Origin: Eledone cirrhosa
Lineage: Eukaryota
DNA length: 64,000 nucleotides
NCBI GenBank assembly: GCA_964016885.1
Contig: OZ024743.1
Coordinates: 8,742,001-8,806,000, forward strand
Direction: 5' to 3'
Of this stretch, positions 26,536-38,551 are shown piece after piece. Both the position numbers and the translations under genes were made by a program. Each line of letters begins with the position of its first letter. The stretch's first letter is position 1. The notes under the pieces are model-generated. The model searched no databases. It was not told the DNA's origin and saw nothing but the letters and a program-made list of their open reading frames with translations.

Positions 26536-26574
26536 TGAACAAGTACTTTCATGCTTTCGCAATCTTCAGGTTCA
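26536..26574 (-). ncRNA. Minimal type I hammerhead ribozyme, intact core
   Basis: UGAAC-CUGAAGA-U-UGC(GAAA)GCA-U-GAAAG-UA-CUU-GUUCA; 5-bp stem I, GNRA-capped stem II, palindromic stem III AGUACU. Confidence 0.85.
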
Positions 26575-26761
26575 TAATATGTGGTGACAGTCAAGTTTGC
26601 AATTTTCAACTGTAATAAGATGGGTAAATTTCCTACCTTTTATACATTTTATACAGAGAAAAGTGGCTCCAGAATGCTAAGCCCTGTAAACTGTATTTCG
26701 ACCAATCAGTGTGTAGTTTCACTGAATTACTAAAGCTGATTGGTTTAAGCGTCACGGCTGG

Positions 26762-26799
<38 letters not shown>

Positions 26800-26801
<2 letters not shown>

Positions 26802-27004
26802 CAGAAGGTAGTATAATAAGTAAGGCAATCAAAGATATGAAGACGGGCAAAGCAGCTGAGCCTTCGGAGATAGTTGCTGAAATGCTGAAAGCATCTGGAT
26901 CAGTGGGACACACTATGATCACCCGAATAGTAAACCAAGTCATACAGAATGGGGGCATACCAAATGATTGGCGTAGCAGTATCATCATTAACTGCTACAA
27001 GGGT
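26800..27004 (+). mobile_element. Internal RTE fragment, inverted counterpart of 24538-24740
   Basis: [34 protein letters not shown], same variant and same 5' junction. Confidence 0.85.
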
Positions 27005-27668
27005 ACATATATGTATGTATGTATACATACTTTCATTTAAGTATCCGCCGTACAAAGAGTGAGAAATGAAATTTTATTTCATTCTTTTCCATTTCTCGTT
27101 TTTCGGTACGCCCGGCCGACAAACTCACTCGATATGCAAATTAGGCTGCTCAGCTGTTAATATGCATAAGGAAAGTATATACTTTCAAACGTTCAATCAT
27201 CTGACAGGAAGGTATACGATGCTGCCGATAGCTAATAAACTTGAAACTAGTTCATCGTTCCTTTGTTAGTGTTGAACAAAAGGGCAACGATGGTTGCCGA
27301 ACACTGTACAGCTTAATTCGAGCTGTTTGTTTACAAACAAACCGAGCATTATAATAAATGTTCGGTAAAGCCATACGTACATATATATATATATATATGT
27401 GTGCCTGTATGTATATATATACATACTACTGTACGTCTGTACACATATATGTATGTACGTATACATACTTACATTTAAGTATCAGCCGTACTAAGAGTGA
27501 GAAATGAAATGAAATTTCATTCTTTTCCATTTATATATATATATATATATATATAGGAAAAGAGTCAGGACCCCAACGGCTGAGCTCCAGCCGTTTCAAC
27601 CTACTACCCTAAGTATCGAGTACTCTGGTGCATTATGGTCCACCTGGTATCTTACCACATCTTCTTTG

Positions 27669-27705
<37 letters not shown>

Positions 27706-27765
27706 TGTGTTTGTACATAGAAGAATAAAAAACAAAACTCAGGTGCAGGTAGATAGTTAGTTCAT

Positions 27766-27886
27766 TGTTTTACGATCGTTTCAGAAGGTCAATTTATCAA
27801 TGTATCGATTAGCATGGTAGTGGTAAAGTTACTACATATTTCTAGTCTCAAAATCCCTGTTCAATCGGCTGTCTTCTTCAGAAACA
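27766..27886 (-). ncRNA. Type I hammerhead ribozyme with 92-nt stem II region
   Basis: UGUUU-CUGAAGA-AGA[...]UCU-GAAAC-GAUC-GUA-AAACA; palindromic stem III ACGAUCGU. Confidence 0.8.
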
Positions 27887-27898
27887 CATATGTATATA

Positions 27899-28345
27899 TA
27901 CGAAGAGTGTCAGAAAAGTAACAGGACTCGGTGTGATGTCTGAGCTATGAGTGGAGTAGGGATTAGCAGTTTGCGTTACCATGTGACGTAATATCCAAGA
28001 GTTTATAACTGCGATCTCAGCTCTCTGCAGTCATTCTTTGTTTTTTGCATGTACTTTTGTTAACAGCTCCTCAATTTTAGGCTGTTGAGTGATGCACATA
28101 GAGCAACAAACTAACGTGAAGTTTCTGGTCTGGCTTGGGAAAGCTCCATCAGAAACACCCAGAATACGGCAGTAAGTGTATGAAAATGAGACAATGTCAC
28201 ACTCCTGGGTTTTTGAGTAGCACAAAAGGTTCAAAGAGAGATGCGAGGATGTGAAAGATGACCCCAGAAGCGGAAGGCCTTCAATGAGTAGGACTGGGGC
28301 CAACATTGAGCACATAAATCATTGGCTGAATGTTCAACTGATTGC
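27899..28345 (+). mobile_element. Mariner relic: left TIR and N-terminal HTH of transposase
   Basis: ta-cgaagagtgtcagaaaagt terminus; translation EQQTNVKFLVWLGKAPSET...WVFE*HKRFKE..EDVKDDPRSGRPS. Confidence 0.8.
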
Positions 28346-28359
28346 AAGTGAGAGGGGCA

Positions 28360-29195
28360 TGGTATTCTCAACCACTTTAAGAAGTCTTGGAGTTTCTATG
28401 GGATTGGCGCTAATGCCCTAATCACAACTGGTATCACTTTCACATTACCCTCTCATGTTCCAAACAGTCTTGCCATCTCCAATTTCAATTCAGAATACTT
28501 GGTAATTTTTTCAATCTCATTACTTGCAATAGTCATGTCATTTGGTATGGCTACATCAATAATCTAACATTATTTGTCTTTTTTGTTCAATACGGCAATA
28601 ACCGTTTCGCGATTCTCAATTACTCTATCAGTCTGAAAATCATAATCCTAGAATATTGTTCCTTTCCCATCCTCCTATATTACTTTAAGAGGCACATGGT
28701 CATAATAATTCTTGATGCCTTTGTATTGGTATTTATGGCATAACAGCCATATTGAAGGTACAAACTTTATCATGGTGGTGCTTGTATTCTTTTTGCGCAA
28801 GGCTCTCACATCCACTTAACTAGTAGGTTACATTTTCCACATTCTTTTTGGGTGTCAGAAGTTTTGTAGATGTTATACTTCACTGAATTGTTAACAAGAG
28901 CTTAGTCTTGTGTTGCAATTATAAGAATTTCACTGGTATGTTTCAAATCTCCTTGCTTAAGCCATATCCATTATGTTGTATTATCATTGATCTCTTGTGT
29001 ATTTCTTTCAAACTGTCCATGCATTTTCATTTCCAAAAGATCTTTTCCCTTCTCTTTAACTCTTTGGTTAAACACTTCTTTACCAGCCATTTTATCTGCA
29101 TTTATACCCATATATTCTACTGTATACTGCAACATCTCTTCGCCATTGCTTACCAAATAGTCTGCAAGCATTCTCCTTTCACTCCTTATACAATA
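28360..29195 (-). mobile_element. R4/Dong-clade non-LTR relic (CCHC remnant and restriction-like endonuclease)
   Basis: Minus-strand MHGQF, LSGCESLAQKEYK..HDKV, DFQTDRVIENR, IIDVAIPND, EIEKITKYSELK, VIPVVI with stops. Confidence 0.8.
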
Positions 29196-29326
29196 ATCCA
29201 CACTGAGGAGACCTCTACCACCATTCTTTCTCTTTATGTAAAATATGTTTATGTTTGCTTTAGGGTGTTCCCTAAACCAAGCATATTATTATTATAATAA
29301 TAATAATTATTATTATGTTATTACTA

Positions 29327-30340
29327 TTGGCACAATGGATTGGCAATATCAATATAGTTTTGGGCAACATGCTTTGCAGCATAAAGTTACGGCTCTTTAC
29401 ATTCTGAGTTCAAATTCCATTGAGATTAGCTTTGCCTTTCATCTTTTTGAGGTTGATAAAATAAAGTACCAGTAACATACTGGTGTCAATTTAATCAACT
29501 TTCCCTTCCATTCAAATTACTAGCCTTGTGCCAAAAATAGAAAGAATTATTATGATTATTATTATTAGTCAACAAAGAAATTATTGTTATTATCGGTAGA
29601 GAGTCGGACACCATGCTTTGCAGCAAAGAGTTACGTCCCTTTATGATCTGAGTTCAAATCCCACTAAGGTTAACTTTGCCTTTCATCTTTACGGGGTCGA
29701 TAAAATAAAGTACCAGTAATACACTGGGTAATTGCTGGCCTTGTGCCAAAAGTAGAAACAATTATTATTATTATTAACTCTATATAAGGGAGAGGATTGG
29801 CAGAATTGGTAGACAATATGCTTTGCAGCATATTATTACAGCCCTTTTCATTCTGAGTTTAAATACAGCTGAGGTTAGCTTTGCCCTTTATCCTTATGTG
29901 GTCGATAAATACAACACCAGTAGCACACTGGGGTTGATTTAATCAACCCCTCGCCCACCCACCCTTCCTAAAAAAAAATTGTTGGTCTTGTGCCTAAATC
30001 AGAAAGGTTAACTTTGCCTTTCATCCTTACGGGGTCGATAAAATAAAGTACCAGTAATGTACTGGATAATTGCTGGCGTTGTGCCTAAAATAGAAACAAT
30101 TATTATTAACTCTATCTGAGGGTGGCTAATTGCTGCAGTTGTTAGAATAGTGAATGAAATACTTTGTAGCATATAGTTACAGCCCAATGTGTTAATTGTT
30201 CAAATCCTGTTATGGTCAACTTTGTCATTCATCCTACCTGGGTGGATAAAAAAAGTACCAATGAAGTACTGGAGTAGATTTTATTAATTAGCCCATTTTC
30301 TACCAACATGTCTGGCCTTGTATCTTTATTAGAAGCTATC
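29327..30340 (+). mobile_element. Head-to-tail cluster of about five SINE copies separated by (ATT)n
   Basis: Repeated gagttcaaat B-box...ctttgcctttcatc...gtcgataaaataaagtaccagt...ggccttgtgcc. Confidence 0.8.
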
Positions 30341-31149
30341 ATTATTTACCTTCTTGATTCCAAACTGCTTGACACTGTCCTTGGTTCTACGATACAATAA
30401 TATCTATTTTATCTAAAACACTTCCATTACAGTTTCATGTAAGAACATTTGTTATGTTCAAAACAACAGATAAATAACTGTTTCTGCTTTTGGCACAAGG
30501 CCAGCAATTATCCCAATGCATTACTGGTGCTTTATTTTATCAACCCCATAAAGGTCACTCCAAACTCTTGATTACTCTTGAAATTATTTGAAAATCACAG
30601 GCTGTATCTTCCAATAGAAATAAGTTAATGAAATGGTTAACTCTATTCTATGTATTGGGTACAAATACATGAATATGTATGCATGTAAAATGAGTGTTTA
30701 TTCACTGACGATTAGTGAAACTCATTGATTTAATCATATATTGTTATCTAAGTCACATATTTACTTGCATTTCCAATATCTTATGGATTTTGTTTTTAGT
30801 GACGCAATAGAATGTTCAACAGCTGTCAAGGTAAACTTTATATCTCTCAATGTTTATCTGATGTACAGTATAAATATTGTCTTTTATTTGTAAGTGGCCA
30901 ATAATAGTTAATACCTTCCTGATTTTTATATCAATATTACAAATATGTTTCGGTTTGGGTGTTATGAAAGCATTTTTTATTTTCTGGTACTCAGAATACA
31001 ACTTGGTCAGTTTTATAGCTATTTTCATAAGATCTTATGCATATCAATTGTTTGTACACTGTTGGACACAACTGCTTTTGAGGTTATATTCCAATTTGAA
31101 GTTTTTCTTTTGCTTTTATAAAGATAGCATTATCAATAGTATAAAGCCT

Positions 31150-31445
31150 GGGTTCAGTATTAGAGTAGATATGCAGGAGAGAAGACTGTGGTATGTTGGT
31201 ATGACCATGTGATACACATGGATGAGGACCGCTGAGTGAAGAAGTGCCAAGTAATCCCAGTGGAAGGAAGACATAGTAGAAAAAGACCACGGAAAACATG
31301 GGCGGGGAGGGTGAGAGCTGATCTCAGATTGCTGAAGCTCACAGAGAAGATGACAAAGGACCATGACAAATGGAAAGATGCTGTGCTGAAGAGGAGGTCC
31401 AACCCTTGCAACCAGGGAAAAGCGGACGTAAAATGATGATGATGA
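31150..31445 (+). mobile_element. RTE 3' end, short-UTR type
   Basis: QERRLWYVG, KRPRKTW, KDAVLKRRSNPCNQGKADVK with the stop supplied by the (TGA)n tail. Confidence 0.75.
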
Positions 31446-31494
31446 TATGTGTTTTTTTAATTCTATAGCTTTGACATTTAATTTTGCTTTGGAT

Positions 31495-31845
31495 TGCACA
31501 TGGCTTAGTGGTTAGAGCATTGGCCTTGCAATCGAAAGATTGTGAGTTCAATTCTCAGACCGGGTGATGTGTTGTTTCCTTGAGCAAGACACTTTATTTC
31601 ACATTGCTCCAGTTTACTCAGCTGTAGAAATGAGATGATAGGGACTGAGGTCCCTATCATTCCACTGCAAAGTGGTCGTGGAGGTGCCACGGCAAAAAAG
31701 CACCCAGCACTCACTGTAAATGAGGTTGGTGTTAGGAAGGGCATCCAGCTGTAGAAATCAAGCCAGCATCAGTTCCCGTCCCACCCTTGCAAGCAGGGAA
31801 AAAGCGGACGTAAAATGAAATGATGATGATGATGAAATGATGATT
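31495..31845 (+). mobile_element. Full tRNA-derived SINE with RTE-type 3' tail
   Basis: A-box tggcttagtgg, B-box gttcaattc, ccttgagcaagacact core, 3' segment shared with RTE UTR, (TGA)n tail. Confidence 0.85.
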
Positions 31846-32013
31846 GTAACACAAAATCTTTCAAAACCCAATTAACCTAATCACTACCATATTTCTAATG
31901 AAAGACACTACCTATGATTTTCAAATAATTTCGAAAATAATCAAGAATTTGGAGAGGTATAGTAATTTAACTAATTCTCTTAATATTAAGTTAGTGCTTT
32001 GAGCTTAACTTAA

Positions 32014-32227
32014 CCCTTTAGCATTTACATTACTCTATATTTACTATTATATTTTCATGGTAAAGGCTTTATCTCACATAATTATCTCACATAATATCAA
32101 ATCTACAACATTTTGATATTATTTATTTTGAGAACAATACCCTAATATAAGTATGAGCAGCTGGTTATGGCCAGTTTGAACAGAAAGAAGTGAGAGAATT
32201 CTGGCTGGATATGGCCAGTTTAAAGGG
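32014..32227. mobile_element. piggyBac-type MITE (family 1), second copy
   Basis: TTAA-CCCTTTAGCATTTA...TAAAGGG-TTAA; colinear with 19263-19462. Confidence 0.8.
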
Positions 32228-33329
32228 TTAATAAAATGAAGATGGAAGATTTTTTAGATAGATGTATATTCTCTAAAACAAACAATTATGTATCACAGAA
32301 TCAGGGGTAGTTTCAGATGGTTTGGTATCAAGAGGGTTCAAAAACAACTTTTTTTTGCTTTGAAATTATCTTATACTTAAATATTATATATGAAATTGGT
32401 GGGAGTTATTCAGCTTTTGCCAAATTCATCTATTCATATCACATAAGAATAACTAAAACTCTAGTTTTGTTGAAAATCTTGTTTGATTTTAAACTGGTTT
32501 GCTTTAAATTATTTGTTATATCAACAATAGGATTGAGGGAAATACTTTAGGGGAGTGTTCTGTATTATAAATATACATTTATATGGTAGTCTCACATATG
32601 TAATGTAATTTGTGGGAAAATTTTAATAAATAGAAATTGTTTTTGTAATTACAAGATCAAATCTCTATCTGGGAGGTGTTCAGGATCTAAAAATGACAAA
32701 AAAGATAACTTCAATGATATTAGCTAATCCAAATTTTTGGATAATAAAGAATGAAAGATGTTAGGGCTTGTTATTTATGGTACATATATGCTTATATGCA
32801 TTATCATCATGACCACCATTTTGTGTCCATTTTCCATGCTTGCATGAGCGAGATGGGTTGTCGCATTCTGAGGCCAGACAGGTCAGATTACTGTGGCTCA
32901 CTCACACATTCCATTTTTGGTTTGGTTTCTATGACTGGATGCCCTTCCTCACACCAACCACTTCATGGGTGTACTGGGTGCATTTTATTATAGCACTGTC
33001 ACTACCACCTGACAGGGTGGACTGGGTGCTTTTTATGGTGGCATCAGTATTACCACTTTACAAAGTAGGCTGAGTGCATTTCTCAAGGTACCAGGACTAC
33101 CACCTTTCAGTTCTAGGGCATTTATTATGTCCTCATCAGGCTGCGGAGGCAGTGTGTGTGTGTGTGTAGGGGGAAGTAGGCTACCTGTTGGTTGCTGAGG
33201 AGGGATGGGGTGAGAGAGGGAGTACCATGGCAGTACCATGTAGGGTGCACCCATCTTTCTATGTTGGTATGGTTGGACAAGAGGCTGGGATTTTAGGGAT
33301 GTAAGTATGAAATGGGATTCCTCCGAAGG

Positions 33330-33642
33330 GTCTTTGGAGTAATGTTACTTGACAGAGTGCATAGCTCACAGATCAGACAGTCACTCCAGGCAGAGCTGCA
33401 AATTGAGAGATCACAGCTCTGATAATATGGGCATCAGGTTAGAATGTCTCAGGAAAGAATCGCTGGGTAGATTTTACAGGCAAAACCAACTGGCATGAGA
33501 CCCAGGGGTAGACATCCATGAGCTTGGCTGGTCTCGCTTGGGGATCCAGCCGGATCAGTTGGAGATGGTTGCTTCTGATAGGTCATGCTGGAGGGAGTGG
33601 TTGAGGACTCTGTCCCCTTAACCCTCTCAAGAAGAAGAAGAG
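33330..33642 (+). mobile_element. Rex3-like RTE 3' relic
   Basis: LGWSRLGIQPDQLEMVASDRSCWREWLRTL followed by (GAA)n. Confidence 0.6.
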
Positions 33643-34049
33643 TATGGAGTGAGAAGGTATACTTGGAAGAAGGGGTGTCTATCTTTCCATGCTGACATGG
33701 GTTGGACAAGGGATGAAAAAAATCAGGGTTGGGGCAAGAATAGGAAGGTTAGATAGTGACAAATTGAGGAGATAGAAGGGCACATATGGGCCAGAGAAAA
33801 AGGGATCTAAATATTGTTGAATGAGAGAGAAAGAGACCAAGAAATGACTGGCAGTACACTGTGGTAGTGTGTCCATCTTCTCATACTGTAGCATGGCTCC
33901 TAAATATTGTTATATCTCTTTCCTGTGTTTTTTTTAAATTTTATACTACCATTTTTCCCTATTGCATTTCATTCTGCTTGTGTGGGAAAGTAGGACGTCT
34001 GAATTACAAGACATTGCCACTCACCTCCGTCCTGTGTCATCTCCTTTGT

Positions 34050-35822
34050 GAGGCTCAGTTTCTGTTATTGCAAACCATCTTGGGAACTGTTTGATGAGCA
34101 GAAAAAGGCAAAGAATGAAAAGGACACTGCCAAAACGGAGGAAGAAAAGAAGAAAATGGACAATGCATACAGACAGGCAAAGAAAAGCTGCCGATGGGAC
34201 AAACAAGTCTGGCTGGAAAAGAAAGGAATAGAGGCAGAAAAAACAGCCAGTTGAAACTACATGGTAACTCTAAACTGCATTGTGAAAGAGATGGCTAGGA
34301 CAGGGAGCAGTCCAGGTATGTCAGCAGATGAACAAAACCAGAGATGGGTAGAACACTTCCGTGAGACACAAAACCAACCGACTGCCCTGTTTGCCTCTGA
34401 TGCAGATCCAGCAACAACCAATGTACTGCTCCAAGTCTGTGAGGACCAAATTACTGAACAGGAAATAAGAGATGTGATCAAGGCTCTGAAGGACAACAAG
34501 GCCATGGGACTTGACAAGATCTTGACAGAGATGCTGAAGTCTGGTAAGGACAACACTATCACAGCACTGATCAGACTGATGAGCAACTACTGGCAGGATG
34601 GACAAGCACCCTTTGGATGGCAACAGGAAATCATCATTAAACTGCAGGGGAAGGGGAATCTAACAGATTATAACAACTGGTGGGGCATCACACTGCTGGT
34701 GGTCGTGGGCAAAGTGTTCAACACAGTGTTGCTATGACGGCTATGACAAAATGTAGACTCAGAGAGGAACCAGTGAGTTTCTGAAGCAACTGCTCATGTG
34801 CTGAACAGATCTTTACACTGCAACATCATTGAGCAGTGCATCTAGTTGCAAAAGCTGCTGGCAGTCAACTTCATTGACTTTCAAAATGTATTTGACAGTA
34901 TGCAAGGGAGTCGCTGTGGAACATTGTGAATTTGTATGGCATTCCACAGAATTTCATGACCATCTTCAAAGGCCTGTATGCCAACTCGAGCTGCTGTGTG
35001 CAAACCGAATCCAGTACAACAGAATATCTAGGGTCAGACAAGGCTGCATCCTTTCTCCCCTTTTGTTCCTGTTGACAGTGATTTCAAATTGAACAAGATT
35101 GCTGATGAAGCCAGTCGGGGGACCTTGTGAACAGGGAAAGCAAGGCTGAAGGACTTGGATTTTGCCGATGACATCACCTTGAAAGTTGAGGACAGTATGA
35201 ACCTGCAGGAGCTAACAAACTCTCTACTGCTGAATGCAGAGAAGATTGGGTTATGAATCATAACCATTGTTATGAAGGTAGGAAGCAACTCTGGACAGGT
35301 AGCTGCAGTTAAGGTAAAGTATGTTCCAATGGATGCACTCAATTTGGTCAAATGCAGCCATCAGCACGTACATGAAGCTGCACTTGTACACTAGCATTGT
35401 ACTTCCCACGGCCATCTATGCCTGCAAAACATGGAAATGCACTGCCAAGATGGATAGGCATCTAAATACTTTCCATCAAAGGTGCCTGTGTAAGATTTTA
35501 AAGGTTACCTGGCAAGATCAGGTTGGGAATGAAGAGATATTGTGGAGAGCAAAGTTGCATACATTGCAGGAGATCATCATGGAGTGCTGGTTCTGTTTTG
35601 CGGGTCACATTCTACACCTCCCAGAACATTGCCCATCCAAAATGGCGATAACATGGACTCCCACCAAAGGCAAATGGAAAAGAGGCCAGCCGAAGATGAC
35701 CTAGCGGTGGACATTCCAAAGCAACAACATCACCTGGCATGGATGTCAACAAGCTGCTGCTGACCGACAGTGTTTGAGACGATTGGTTGACTTATGTCCC
35801 CAACAGAACAAGCCAGGCTAAG
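34050..35822 (+). mobile_element. Highly degenerate RTE-clade LINE (third family)
   Basis: KAMGLDKILTEMLK, KGNLTDYNNWWGITLL, VRQGCILSPLLF, LDFADD, LYTSIVLPTAIYACKTW; many stops. Confidence 0.85.
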
Positions 35823-36085
35823 AGCTCATCCTCTCTCCCTATTCTTTTTTTTTCTGTCTTTCATCTTATCTTGCTTTCAGCAAACAAAGATTGATATAAT
35901 AAGTAATAGATAGAAATAAATTTCCCCATATAATCTCAGACCAGTCAAATGACTGATACTAGTAAAGAACTGATTCATGTTATTGTTATTGTTCATTTGC
36001 TCTGTTGATTCTGTCAATAAAACTATGTAAAATTAAATTTGGCAATTGAAAATGACTTTTAAAATATGTAAAATGTATGTCATTT

Positions 36086-36120
<35 letters not shown>

Positions 36121-36239
36121 ACATGTGTGTACATGTTCACATGTGAGTGAAAATGTTTGATATGTTATAGGGAGGGCATCCAGCCATAGAAAACTTGCCA
36201 AAGAAAGGGTTGGGAGGATCCTTCAGTCGTGTCAGGTGC

Positions 36240-36760
36240 ATGACAGCAGGAGTAGTTAACAGTGAGGTTACTCAGAAGATAAACTCTTTCAGATGTTCAT
36301 AAAGTTCACTGGAAGTGGTAGAAAGATTTAACTTAGTAGCTGAGGTGGATATAGCAAAAGTATTATAACCAGAGTCAAAACAGGGTGGAAGAAGTTCAGA
36401 GAGCTTCTCTCTCTACATAGCAGTGAGATATGGGCTGTGACTGCAGAAGACTGCAGTATGTTTTGAGGGATGTGTAATGTTAATATGAATAAGTGAGCTG
36501 AGAGAAATTGGATGTAGTGTGAAAAAGAGAGCACTATGTAGGTATGGACATGTGAAATGTATAGAAGATCACAACTGTATAACGAAGTGCAGAGAAATCT
36601 CAGTGGTTGATACTCATGGACAAAGGCAAATCCAGGAAGACATGGAATGAGGTAGTGAAGAATGAACTTAAGAAGCTGAACCTCACAAGAGAAATGAAAA
36701 AGAACTGAAAGAACTGGGGATATGCTCTACTGGAGAAGTGCCACTCACTAGTATAAAATG
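36240..36760 (+). mobile_element. Old degenerate RTE C-terminal fragment
   Basis: [15 protein letters not shown] and downstream diverged matches. Confidence 0.6.
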
Positions 36761-37282
36761 TGACCTGTCCTGACCCATCCACATTAGATACTTTTCATTA
36801 TTTAGCAGCTATCCTCATCATCACTATACACCCCCACCACATTCTTTATCCCCTCCATTATCACACCCTAGTAGTTCTGAGGCTTCAGACAGAAAGAATT
36901 CCTACTATTTATTTCTAATTTTCTTTTATTTCTCATCTTCGCTTCTTGGTTAAGCTATTGTGCACCACATTTCAATCTCTTCCTTTTCAGTTGAAATGCA
37001 TAGGTTTATAGCATTCTGGGAGTTTTATTTGTGTAATTTGCTGAAAGGGACAATTTGTTCTATGTCTTTCTGTTTTGTTCTGTTACCATCCCATGTGGAC
37101 TGGAATGAATAGTATCACTTTAAGGCACCAAAACAAAAGAGTTGACTGAAGTGAAGAGACTGTCTGTTTTTTCCATTGTTTTTGTCAAGTGCACCCCCTT
37201 ATTTTGATTCCTACATATATATTCCTACACCCTTGAAAAGGCTTGCTGAACACCACTTGGCACTGCAGTCGGGATTTTACAA

Positions 37283-37313
<31 letters not shown>

Positions 37314-37314
<1 letters not shown>

Positions 37315-37655
37315 CATCATCATCATCATTTTACGTCCGCTTTTCCCTGCTTGCAAGGGTGGGATGGGAACTGATTCTGGCTTGATTTCTACAGCTGGAT
37401 GCCCTTCCTAACACCAACCTCATTTACAGTGAGTGCTGGGTGCTTTTTTGCCGTGGCACCTCCACGACCACTTTGCAGTGGAATGATAGGGACCCCAGTC
37501 ATTTCTACAGCTGAGTAAACTGGAGCAATGTGAAATAAAGTGTCTTGCAATGTGAAATAAAGTATCTTGCTCAAGGACATCACCCGGTCTGAGAATTGAA
37601 CTCACAACTTTCGATTGCAAGGCCAATGCTCTAACCACTAAGCCATGTGCCTCCA
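37314..37655 (-). mobile_element. Full tRNA-derived SINE with RTE-type tail
   Basis: Reverse-complement homologue of 31495-31845. Confidence 0.85.
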
Positions 37656-37808
37656 TATATATATATATATTGAAGCTCACGGTGGAGATGATGAAGGACC
37701 GTGACGAGTGGAGAGATGCTGTGCTGAATAAGACCCGTCCCACCCTTGCAAGCAGGGAAAAGCGGACGTAAAATGATGATGATGATGATGATGATGATAT
37801 ATATATAT

Positions 37809-37857
<49 letters not shown>

Positions 37858-38174
37858 CATACATATATATATATATACATATACATACATATATACGGTA
37901 TATATTTTATCTAATAATTCTAAAGACATGATTTATGATATATATACATATATATATATATATACATAGTATTAGTTATACCATTTATGGTTATGTAAAT
38001 ACAAAACCTTATGCAGTTATAAGTATTTTTTATATACTCCCTAAATAGTGGTAGGCAGTAATGTATTACTACCTTATTACCAGTAAGTTAAGTAGCTCAA
38101 TGTAAAAACATCACATGATTTACAGAGCAGTTATATGAAATATAAGAATCAAAGAACTGTTCAAAACATTATTG

Positions 38175-38221
38175 TGCTTACAGCTGTTTCCTCCAAACCG
38201 AGGTTTGGATTCTTCGGAGCA
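38175..38221 (-). ncRNA. Type I hammerhead ribozyme, C4 core variant
   Basis: UGCU-CCGAAGA-A-UCCAAAC(CUCG)GUUUGGA-G-GAAAC-AGCU-GUA-AGCA. Confidence 0.75.
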
Positions 38222-38343
38222 ATTTATTAATGCATGGACAGTTATATGACCTCCTTTTCAGCCAAGAGACATACCGATACATATGTATCGGTATGTCTCT
38301 TGGCTGAAAAGGAGGTCATATAACTGTCCATGCATTAATAAAT

Positions 38344-38390
38344 TGCTCCGAAGAATCCAAACCTCGGTTTGGAGGAAACAGCTGTATGCA
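38344..38390 (+). ncRNA. Mirror hammerhead copy with first stem I pair broken
   Basis: Identical to the left copy except GUA-UGCA after the cleavage triplet. Confidence 0.65.
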
Positions 38391-38551
38391 CAATAATGTT
38401 TTGAACAGTTCTTTGATTCTTATATTTCATATATATACATATATATATATACATATATATATATACATATATATATATACATATATATATATACATATAT
38501 ATATATACATATATATATATACATATATATACATATATATATATATATATA

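Larger units (their letters stand above)
38132..38433. repeat. 302-bp spacerless palindrome
   Basis: 151-bp arms centred at 38282/38283; only one mismatch found (38178 vs 38387). Confidence 0.95.

Noticed and set aside
26697-26746. Hairpin accaatcag...ctgattggt next to GAAA on minus strand
   Set aside because: No CUGANGA-like core in register
30690-30730. CUGACGA-UUAGU-GAAAC motif
   Set aside because: No stem II pairing and no U at 16.1; better explained as a simple hairpin
31495-31565. tRNA gene
   Set aside because: A and B boxes are present but continue into SINE core and tail; a tRNA-derived SINE head
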